NCBI RefSeq assembly: GCF_000315625.1
Contig: NW_005434671.1
Location: forward strand, 975,393-1,039,392
Source: Guillardia theta CCMP2712
Lineage: Eukaryota; Protista; Cryptophyta
Length of the DNA stretch: 64,000 bases
Direction: 5' to 3'
This document shows, one piece after another, positions 24,632 to 34,949 of this stretch (within the stretch, counting starts at the first letter, position 1; each line of letters starts with the position of its first letter). The position numbers and the translations under genes are program-made. Under the pieces are notes generated by a model, which worked only from the letters and a program-made list of their open reading frames with translations, did not search any database and had not been told where the DNA came from.

Positions 24632-25543
24632 GGAGGGGAGGGGACGATAGGCGGGACATGTACATAGCGCTTGTAAATAAAGATCCATGTGAGCTGAGAT
24701 CGTGAGCGACAGGACATGCAGCACGGCACTCCACCAGAGTTGAGCGATGCCATTGCAGACAGCCGTGCAGACGGAGATGGCAGGAGCCCTGACTTGTTTG
24801 TACCTTGTTGAGCAGGAACGTCATTCATTGTCCGTGACTTTGAGTCAGTCGACGATGAGGCGTCTCAAGATGTGGAGACACGAGAGGGATAAGAAGCTTT
24901 CCGTTTTTGAAAGCGACGTTGGTTTTGTGTGCATGATCTTCAATTGTTTTCTTCCTTGACGGAAACACAATCGAAGAGAGCAACTCACTTGCGTTGGTTC
25001 GGAGAGTCAAGCTTCTTTTATCAGAACACTTGCGAAATGAACTCCACTCAGACAAGATGATACTCGCATCATTCAGCATATGCAAATTTGGACTCGGAAC
25101 GAGCGTGAGGGCCCGGGGCCTTGCTGGGCCCTCAGCATGTCGCACCTGTCATGCGTTGCTGACGACCCAGTGACTTTGGGCTAGTGCTAACCACACGGGG
25201 TATCCTCTATCACCGCTTCAAGTGTCTGAGTGAAAGAGTCTGATACAGGATATTTTATGTCAGCGACCTCGTGACCGTTTGAGTCTATAGTGATAGGCCA
25301 CCTTCGGACCATCTGTCCGACCATTCTAGAATCTCCGGACGTGGCCTCCGTGTGAGCTTTGATGCCACTCGGGCTCAATGTTCCTCTAAACTCGTCGCCG
25401 GATGTTTACTACAGTGACTGATGATTCCAAAAACGGTCACGAGGTCGCTGCGTGACCAGGCAGAGCCGCATTCCCCTTGACTTCTTCAACCACTCCGCTG
25501 CACCTCAACTTCCCCTCAACCACCAGCGCCGCCAAGACTCGCC

Positions 25544-25798
25544 ATGCGCCCTGTCACCGTTCTCTGGTCCGAGGTCTCCCTCTCCGCCGCTCCCTCCCCT
25601 CCTCCCCGCGCGCTCCCCGTCGCCCTCCCTTGCAAGAGATCAGCCGGAGACCTGCCCCTCCTCCCCCAAGCTCCAGCCCTCCCGAGACAGCCGCCGGGCA
25701 TCGTCAAGGCGAGCAAGGGGAGCTGTCTGGAGAACATCCTTGCTGCGCGGAGGAAGCTCGAGGAGAGGCAGCGGGCGATCATCGGATTGCAGAGGTAG
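25544..25798 (+). CDS. WSEVS/SCLENIL microprotein family, copy 8 (84 aa)
   Basis: Same peptide as copies 4 and 5. Confidence 0.55.
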   Translation: MRPVTVLWSEVSLSAAPSPPPRALPVALPCKRSAGDLPLLPQAPALPRQPPGIVKASKGSCLENILAARRKLEERQRAIIGLQR

Positions 25799-26231
25799 AC
25801 GAGAGTAGGGGGAGACGCGAGGCGTGAGGAGGGGAGGGGACGATGGGCTGGACATGTACATAGCGCTTGTAAATAAAGATCCATGTGAGCTGAGATCGTG
25901 AGCGACAGGACATGCAGCACGGTACTCCACCAGAGTTGAGCGATGCCATTGCAGACAGCCGTGCAGACGGAGATGGCGGGCGCCCTGACTTGTTTGTACC
26001 TTGTTGAGCAGGAACGTCATTCATTGTCCGTGACTTTGAGTCAGTCGACGATGAGGCGTCTCAAGATGTGGGGACACGATGAGCACGAATGGAAGCTGTC
26101 AGCTGGAAATGAGATGTAGGAATGGCTCGATATCGGATCACTTTCTATCGATCTGAATTGCATTCATTTTGTTTTGTTGGTAACCTCGAAGGTCTTGATG
26201 ACTAGTCTTCGTTGTCCATGTTTCATGTGAA

Positions 26232-28448
26232 TTATTTCTTTTTGGGCTTGCCTTTTTGCTTCATTTTGCTGTCACTCTTCTTGCTCTTTCGCCTGGAATA
26301 TCATCTGCATTAAACAAAGCAAACGCAGCATGCTTGTCAAATACCAACCTTTTCTGCTGCCATTTCTTGAAATCTTCCATTGCTTTCTTGTCTCGCTCCT
26401 TAAATCTGCAGCAAGATTAATTTCCAGCCATTAGTTGGAGGCTGGACTTACTTCCCAACCTTGTTGTAGTATTGCACTTCCTGTACATCACCATAAAAAC
26501 CACAAAGTGTGCCAACCGATGCTGTCACCTTAAGCTTAGCCTGACGCTGTGAGGTTTCCCAATCGTGTTGCGCATTGATGGCTTCAACAGAATCGGATCT
26601 GCGAACAAGAGAATGAAGATACCCTGGGGGATTTTCATAACTTACACATCTGCAATCTTCTTCCATCGAGCAATTTCCTTCTTTTCCTCTGGCGTCATCC
26701 GATGCATGGGCTCATCTTTTCCATCCCCTCCCCCTTTCTCTCTCGCCAGTGTCTCAAGCTTGGAGCGAAATTCTTTTGTTTTCTTTTTCCTGCATCGTTA
26801 ATGTTACTCAACTTATCATGGTTGAAGATATGCAATCAGTACTTTGTAGAAGTTGAATTGCTTGACTCGAGATCTCCAGGATATGGTGCCAGCTCATCCC
26901 AGTCTCCGCGGCAACCACAATACCTTCTACACTTCGAATACCCGTTTGCAAGATCTTCCCAGACATCATCGTCCATTCTTGGGCCAGGCACCTGATGGGA
27001 TTCAAAACAAGTTCAAGGCGCATCTTATATTGCGAATATCAGGGAAGCAATACGTCAATTTTCATTATGTGCTCGGAGAAATCTTGGCCGGTAAGCTGCT
27101 GAAGCAAGCGAGCGGCCCATGTTCGAGCTGGCGCAATGTCCTTTTGTGCCTCTAAAACTCTCTTGGCGAGCTGGATAGCACCTGCAAAACAACTCATTCA
27201 AGGAATTTTTGGCTCAGTTTGAAGGTTCACACCATTATCAATTATCAGAGATCTGAGTTTGCCAGGCAATTCACTAAGGAAGGATAACGCAGCGCACCCT
27301 TGTTCTCCCACATTGAATCTGGAGAAGGCTCAGACTCATGAGGGTTGTGCAAAGCCAGACAATACCCTTCTCTCTCATATTCATGCGCATGCCCGAAGTT
27401 GTGTAATGCCTTGATGATTCTTTCAACGCCGCCGCTCTCAGCCACTGCACTCATATATCATCCGATCGGATAGAAAGTTCTCTTGTCACCTTTGCCTGCA
27501 AGAGCCAAGTTCACTTGAAGTTTACCACCAGCTGGACAGCCCGCGTACTCCAGTCCATAAGTGATATGCGTTTCATTCACCACTTTGACCAGAAATGTCC
27601 AGATGAAGATGCAGCCGGCCTCCTGCGGCACCATCACGAACAAGGCAGCGAGGAGCCTGTGAATTTCTCACCTGGACATGAACGCTTTTTTCATGCTTTG
27701 CCATTGCACTCAACACTGTCTCGACTACGCGATTCTCCACGGCCAACTTTGTTCAAGGTCAGTTTGCAGCCACCTTCCTAGCACGTCCTCACCAAACAGT
27801 TGGAAGAGTGGTTGAAAACAAGGTTGGACAGAGCTCTGATCCCTGTGCTCTGTATGTCTGCATTTCCCTCGTGCCGTTTCATGGCTTGAACAAACAATGG
27901 GAAGGCCCCTAACTTTCCTAATAGGTTCTGTTCGCACGTTACGAAATGCTCAACAGGCTGTTGACAACATGCCTGGTTTATCATGTGAGCCCAACCGTCC
28001 ACTCCATACGGAGGTCTTGGTTGTGCATACGCCAAATTCGTCGCTAGACGAAGTCCCTCGAGCACGATCTTTGCAGAGTGGAGGTGGACCTGACAAACAA
28101 CGTAAATCTATGGTACCTTTGAATTCGCGCTACCTTCAAAGTTTCCACGAGCGCCTCACAGCCATTCTTGTTCTTTCCTATCCTGTATTGCTTTTCTCCA
28201 TCCAGACAGATTAAAGACAGAGCATTGAAAGCTTTGTACACGACATGCGGGTCCTTGGTCTTATCCTGCAAGTTCTGAAGGTGGATAGAGCTTGCTCTCT
28301 TGCACCGTGGGCTCACAGGGGGGACTTTAAATGGAACCACCTTCTTGGCCCCCCCCCGAAGATTCAAGTTACTTCCAGTGTTGATTGTGAACAGGCCACA
28401 ATGGCAGGCTTGCAAGGAGACAAGGAGCAACAAGGTCAAGCCTTTCAT
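26232..28448 (-). CDS. Armadillo-repeat protein with a signal peptide, an LRGG motif and a Lys-rich C-terminus, multi-exon
   Basis: N-terminus MKGLTLLLLVSLQACHC-GLFTINTGSNLNLRGG. ARM-like helices: YKAFNALSLIC...GCEALVETLK, LGAFPLFVQAMKRHEGNADIQSTGIRALSNL and SGGVERIIKALHNF. The protein ends RRKSKKSDSKMKQKGKPKKK*. Confidence 0.7.
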
Positions 28449-28957
28449 CACAGATACCGCCGTTTTTCAACGTCAATTATGCTCGCCAACAACTCTAGCG
28501 CAGTCAAGCTGTGCCTGGTCCCATATCAAGGCACAGGGATCGTTACCATGAGCTTTGTTTATCCTTTCCGCTTCCTCTCTCTCTTCCTCGTCCCCTCCTC
28601 TTATCCTCTTCTTCTCTTCTCCTACTACCTGGCTCTGCCATGCCGATCTGCGGACGCATCGATCATGTGTAGGCCCTCTTCCCCAGAAGGCCCGGGCCAA
28701 CCGGCAGCGTCAAGTCCGAGTGCTGCCTCCGACTGATCACTATTGACAAATCTTGTGTGCCGGCCCCCACCTGCTTCTCGCGCGTTCACGAGGAACGCAC
28801 AGGGACGGAGGTTCCGCTCAGCTCACGGCAAGAAAGAGAAAACCCCCGACACTGATCGATCAGACTTCTGGGGGATCAAAGCAGCGACCTGTCTTGGGCG
28901 AGAGTAGAAGCCAAGGATTTCAGTGTCTCTATCGTCGTGTAGTAGGGACTCGTGAAC

Positions 28958-29273
28958 ATGTCCGATCAAGCCAACCAAGCTTCCCACACAGCCGAGAGCA
29001 CCATCCCATCTGGAGCGAGGAAGATGACCGATCAAGAACGAACAGAACATGTTGCTAACGTGATAGAAGCTCTCACGAAGCAGGTGATGTATTGATTTGC
29101 ACTTGCAGCAATGGCTGTCTAACATGTTGCAGGGCTTGGCGATGTCCAATCTTCCCGAGGACATCAAAGGGAAGCTTGATGACTTCGTAAAGAATGGCTC
29201 TGCCTGTGAGCTGCAGATTCCAACCCCCAAGGGTTTTGTTTATTGCAAGTTGACAAATCTGATAGACAAGTGA
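28958..29273 (+). CDS. Small hypothetical protein (~88 aa, at least 2 exons)
   Basis: MSDQANQ...TDQERTEHVANVIEALTKQ is joined by a phase-0 GT-AG intron to GLAMSNLPEDIKGKLDDFVKNGSACELQIPTPKGFVYCKLTNLIDK. Confidence 0.5.
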
Positions 29274-29403
29274 ATCTTGATTAGTCTAGTCATCGCCAGG
29301 GTACCCGAGGACACGGATTTGGTAGACCTTTATTGCTTCCTTGCTCAGCTTTACATTTGGTTACTGTACAAAAAACAACCCCGGCACATGTATGTCAGGG
29401 CAC

Positions 29404-31003
29404 CTATGAATCTACTGCAGCACTCTGCAAGTCCACAACCTCACTCTCGGGAATTAGAGGGTCGCTGTTGTCTTGAACGACAACGGCAAGAGCCTTGTGG
29501 TCACTGACATCATCAGGAAGCACGCAGAATTTCCGTACAGCAAGGTTTGTCAGGATATGATCCAGGCAAACGTTGAATTCGACTCCTCTCCATCCTATTT
29601 TTTTTTCGTAAGGAACTCATGGAAGGATATACACATGCGATGGAACAGTCACCTGGAGGAGTGAGGAAAGAATGTGTGTTGTACGTAGGTTCGAAATCTG
29701 GAGCCCCGACACTGTCAATCCCAAAGGTTCGGACAATGTGGGCATATTCGTCCGAGCCGCCCACGCTGAAACGCAGTCAGGCATGTATCGGAGATGCACC
29801 ATATTGAATTCACTCACATGTTGAGATCACCTCCTACAAGCCACAAGCCATCTTTCTGCGAGTAATACATCAGCAACTTTGGCTGAAGCACATGTACCAT
29901 TCGGAGCTTACCTTGACTGTCCTATCAACGAAACTCTTCAATTCATTCAACTGTTGTTCACGAACAGTGCCGCAACTCATTTCGCTTCTTTCCTCCAGCA
30001 TCTTCACAACGCTGATCCCTATGCCGTTGTCTAGACTGTCCCCTGATTCCAAATCACATGTGCCACTTGGACCTGAAGATTGCATCAATTCCGTAGGAGG
30101 TGCTGTATCACACTGAAAGTGAGTAGTAAAAAGATGCAGTAGATTTCCAGACGGTAGCTTGCAGGCAGCATGCAAAGCTCCATTGGGAACCATTTTTTGC
30201 CAGCCAGCAGTGCTCCTGAAAATGACCTCGCTCGCATGCTGGATTGGATATCTACTAATGATGACGTTTCCAGTATCGAAAAAGAATCCAACAGGAGTCG
30301 TTACAACGTGATACCCTTCTTCAACTGCTTGTTTCGTGAACCGTGTATGATACGATGACCACCAACACCCCCACAGCTCATTGAGCAGTACGATGTCATA
30401 GTTCCTCACAAGCTCCATGAGCTTTTCTGAGCGGTCCTTCTTATGATCATTCCCATCAAACAACCACTTACCCGAGAATGTCATTCCGCCGGGAAGCAAA
30501 CAGACATTAAGGGAGAGAATATTCACTTCACCACGAGGTTTTCCTGAAGAAGAGCAACCCGACAGCAAGTCGCTTGGAGGAATCAAGATTATCGGAGTTT
30601 TTGGTTTGGTTGCATGTTTGTAGACTAATAGAATCATAACCACAATGGACAATAGAAAGACATATTTGAGTGAGAAGTCTGGAATAACTGTACATGCACT
30701 CCACAACAGAGTAAGACCCAACAACATGCAAGCAGTCTGCATGCATCGTGTCAAGCTCCATCTGCCAAAACATCTGTACGTGACCGGATGCAATCCAGCA
30801 TTTGAATGACCCGAATGGCCTTCCTCCAACAAGAGAGGCTCGCTCTCTGGTTCCACCTCTTGAGTCCCATCATTTCTCCCCAGTGAATTTCGATGAAAGT
30901 AAAGGACATCACGATTGGCCGAAATCACTTTTCGTCCAGCTTGTTCTGAATTGTCCATTATCCCACTTCCTGATAATTTATCCCCCATTTCTACCTTCAC
31001 CAT
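29404..31003 (-). CDS. Neutral sphingomyelinase-like EEP (endonuclease/exonuclease/phosphatase) hydrolase with an N-terminal TM hairpin; start uncertain
   Basis: EEP motifs ILSLNVCLLP, YDIVLLNELW, GNVIISRYPI, LHLFTTHFQ, LVGGDLN, CLDHIL and VSDHKAL. Confidence 0.85.
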
Positions 31004-31981
31004 GAGTTTCTCACAATCGATGCCAGAAAGGGCCCTTCCCGGCTCCCCGACGAGCTCGCTCCCCGCACGAGGCGGTTCGCCGTGTGTGCTTTCCACTTTA
31101 CCTCTACCAGGTCCAGCAGCATCTTGACCTGAAAGTTTTGATTCTTCGCTCCTCCCCATTTTTCCACCATCTTCCCCTCCTGCTCCAGCTCCTCTTCTTT
31201 GCCATCCCACACCAACGGCAACCTCAGCCCACAACTCCATAGTTCGCAATCCTTTCAGGTTCGACCACCCCTGTTTTCCTATGGGTATGACCCTCCCCCA
31301 CAATTTTTCACCCGTTTTATGGGGAGAGGCATTTTTCATTTTTCGAATTTTGGGAATACATTGGAACTATGAAAATATCATTTTGATTAATCAGATTAAT
31401 ATTTCAAATTTTGATGATATATTTCAGCATTGTCATCCTTATGACTCTTTACTCTGACCCGACTCCGAGGGCTGCCGTAGGGATGTATCTCAAGTACCCC
31501 TCCGGCTGGCCGGCTGGGCCCGGGGGACTCGGCCCCGACTTCAGTACTCCCTCAAGTCAGGAGCTCCCGGCTTCCCGCCTGAATTTTTGCCACAAACTTT
31601 TTATGCCCTACCACAGCCTCAATGGCAAACCCAGTTTGCTGTCTCGGCATGCTCTTCTGTTCAGTTTAGCTTGCCATCACTTCATCATTCTGCCTTGAAT
31701 GGGGGGAAGAATTGCAGCTCAAATCATTCTTGCAGTTCAATCATTTGCTACGTTCATTGAACCCCGAATTCATTGAGCTGTGCTGATGGTCATGTCAAGT
31801 AGGTGTTTTGTTTGTTTATTGATTTTCAGAATGTGATGGCTACAAGTCTAGGATGAGCGTTATAATGACGTTTGATGCTATTCTCATCACGCTGGAAAAC
31901 AATCATGTCGACTTCAGCTAAGTTTTTTTTTCCTCAATAGGCCGGAATCTATTGTTGGGCGAAATCACGAAGGAAGGACAG

Positions 31982-32925
31982 ATGCAGGAAAGTGAAGGTC
32001 GCCAATTAGTATTTGTTACATAATAATGCAAAAGTTGATTTTATCTCAGTTGAAAATGCCATACTTACGATTCTAGAGACAAACAATCGTCCATTCAACT
32101 GCAACAATTTGAGGGACGATCTCTGTTCTAGATTCAAAAAAAGCATCGTTGATAAAGCTTTAAAGGTTGCTGAGGATGATCTATATAGCCTATGTATTTG
32201 CTGACAACGAGAGTTTTGATGATTCAACTTGGCAGAATCTTGAAGACTCTGAGCGAATTCAAGTTAAAATTTTCGGTAAAGATCTTCCGTGCTTTTGTAT
32301 CACATTGACTCAGATCCAAACAAGGAAAGGTCAAAATATATCTCGCTGATCAAAGGTCGCCAAGAATGCTCCATCATAATCATGAATGTTTTGTACAGAA
32401 AATTCCAAATTCCAAATGCTGATGAGCTGACGAAGCTGGATTCTGGTATCTTTGAAATTTCCATACTGGTGGGACGACCAAACTGCAAGGGACGCTGAGC
32501 TCTCGATTTGTAGACATTACGGATTTAGAAGCCAAGCAAGAAACTCTGCAAAAAGATTTACAAAGTCTGGTCAGCTCAAACGATCAGCTTGCAGCACAAT
32601 TGTCAAATGAGGAGCTTGAAGTCCAAGTCAAGGATCTGAAGCGCAGCACCAAGTCGTTACACGAACAAATAGAAACGTGCAAAAACTCTGGGAAGAAAAG
32701 GGTATCTGTATCCGTATATGACAAGCGAAGCTTAGAAACAAGCCTGCAAGCAACAGCAAGCATGATGAAGAAACGCAAACGGTGAGCAAACATGAGACTA
32801 TCTTGATGGAACCTGATTGTTGTAGACTTTGCATGAATGCGTTAAAGGAACTCGAAGCAGGAAGTGGAATGAAATTGGAAGAGCTTTATGACGTTGTCGG
32901 AATCGAAGAGGAAGAGACGCCGTAG
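31982..32925 (+). CDS. HOP2: HOP2/TBPIP homologous-pairing protein, multi-exon
   Basis: Winged helix ENAILTILETNNRPFN...KKSIVDKALK/NLEDSERIQVKIF/GKVKIYLADQ, then a coiled coil, KKRKRLC and the C-terminal EELYDVVGIE. Confidence 0.8.
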
Positions 32926-33369
32926 TCTGTCAGTTCTACTGAATTGACAATAACAGCTTCCTCGAATTCTGATTTCGACATCGTGGAACCTAATTGATAT
33001 CGTGTATGGGTTGCGTGTCTCAGTACAAGACAAGACAACTCGTGTTGAGGGGTCAGGAGGACACGGGCCTATTTCTGGAGTCCTTTGTCTTGTAGTGATG
33101 CCAGCATTGTTAGTAAACAACATGAGAATTTTCTGCCGCATTGAAGTATGTAGGCTGTGATGGCGTTTCAGAAATCTTCACACTGACGACGTAGCATGAT
33201 CCATCGTTACAATACCCAAAGACAAAATGGTCCATGCATCGCGTTCTTGACATTGGTAAGGACAAGATCCCCTCGCTAGATGAAACACGTTAAAAGTTCC
33301 CAAAAAAATCTGGCAGAAGGCCCCAAACAAGTTTGGCATGCCATTCAAATTTCTTTATTGCTACGTCAT

Positions 33370-34098
33370 TTACTCCTGTACGATGGTGGTACCAACGCCC
33401 TTGAATGTCTTAACCTGGAAACGCATAGAGTCAACTTCGGTCAAATGCGACAGATTTGATCAGAAGATCAGAAGCAAAAAAGACTGAAACATTGAATGAA
33501 TCATTGAGAAAAATTACAAGCTAGCATTAAAAACTTTTTCAAAGCACACTCAACAATTCAGCCAATATTGCATCTTCTTACCTCCACAAGAGTGCAGAGA
33601 GAGTAAAGCTTTTCCTTGGCATCCTCATCGTCATTGCGCTTGCGGGCAATGCGAACGCGAACACGGTAAGGAACATTCTTAACACCCTTGCTCCACAAGA
33701 ACTTGTTGAGCTTCTGGTCTACCCTGACGTCCGATGTACCCATAGCCTTGGTGGCGAATTTCTTGACTTCGCTAACAGCCCTTGGTGCTCTCCTCTTGAA
33801 GGTCCTGGATTGAACCTCGTCAGAAAGACTCTTCAAACTCGATCAATTTGCCATGTATTTTTCGATCAAGCTGTGACGCAATCGAAATAATGCATACAAG
33901 ATGTCTTACAAAACAAACAGAACATCTCTGCCACTTCACGAGTTTGTGTCGATGGTACAATTCAAGAAAAACACAATGCATGATGAAACAAGCAAGCATC
34001 CCAACTTACATTCCAAGGAGACGCTTGTGGATGTTGATGGTGTACTCCCTGGTCACGATCTCATTGACGCGGGTACCCTTCTTCGACTCCTTCCCCAT
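33370..34098 (-). CDS. RPL31: 60S ribosomal protein L31, 3 exons (introns 33805-34009 and 33415-33581)
   Basis: [16 protein letters not shown]...[67 protein letters not shown]. Confidence 0.97.
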
Positions 34099-34949
34099 GG
34101 CGATAGCACGCGGACGATCGGCCAACGCGCACGAGCTGTGTTGACTGAAAATTATTTTTTTCTTGCCCCATCCCCGCGTTGGCCCCTGACTGAGATGTCC
34201 GGGCCCGGAGGCGGGTCGGCCCGCCGGGTCTCAAGACGCACGTACAGCACGTGCCTTTTAAAAGAAGTTGTAAATAACAAATATGTACAAACATATTCAT
34301 TTTAAAAATTGATGGTACAGAGTGACTTGTTATCTGTACTATGATAGAACATCTGAATTTTATATTTCTTCTTCAAAATGCTTATATGAGTTTTAAACAT
34401 TGGTTAAGATGAGGTGCGCCTAAAAATTGTTTATAGCGGTTGTTCATTTATCCATCTTTGCTCTAATTGTATTTTAAAGTTTTCCATTTTCTATAAATAT
34501 TAAAATAATTTTGATGCCTGTGGTACTTGATTAGAAATTGTGTTTTATAGAGCCGCTGCATCTATGGCCCTCGTGCTATGCAGAGACCAAAGTGAAAGGA
34601 GGGCTGCAGGCTTCGCATGAAGGAAGAGGAAGGGAACGTCCGTGTTTGGGGCCACTAGAATGATCGTTCAGCGACTGCTCAGGGCCAAAGATGATGAAGG
34701 AACGGGGAGGGGGAAGTATCAAGAGTTTAGAAAATGGGGCGTACGACAGGACAGGACTCAGTTGCTTTTAGACAATGTCTTGGGTCATCAGGACGATACT
34801 GAAGTCTGACAAGATGTATCGTGAAGATATTGGACTAGATATGAGATCGAGTGTTGCGCATGTTGCAGCTGTTGACATGAGGTTTGCAGGCTCCGATCGG
34901 ATGGAAGGGATGACAATCTAGGCACTTGGACTGTTACGATCCTTTCACC

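Larger units (their letters stand above)
23610..24702. repeat. Long inverted repeat (arms ~23610-24086 and ~24238-24702, ~150-bp spacer) holding two divergent microprotein genes
   Basis: gggatattttatgtcagcgacctcgtgaccgttt is the reverse complement of aaacggtcacgaggtcgctgacataaaatatccc. The outer ends are cgatctcagctcacatgg and ccatgtgagctgagatcg. Confidence 0.9.
24350..26078 (+). repeat. Direct duplication of the 21.3-22.9 kb block (offset 3075 nt)
   Basis: Identical ORF pairs 21750/24825, 22112/25187 and 22469/25544. Confidence 0.9.

Noticed and set aside
20823-26078. Repeats as a CRISPR array or an autonomous transposon
   Set aside because: The units are ~1.2 kb with no unique spacers. 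I saw no cas, transposase, RT or integrase ORF and no target-site duplication. The 20-bp inverted repeat is better explained as a remnant of the larger palindrome than as MITE ends.
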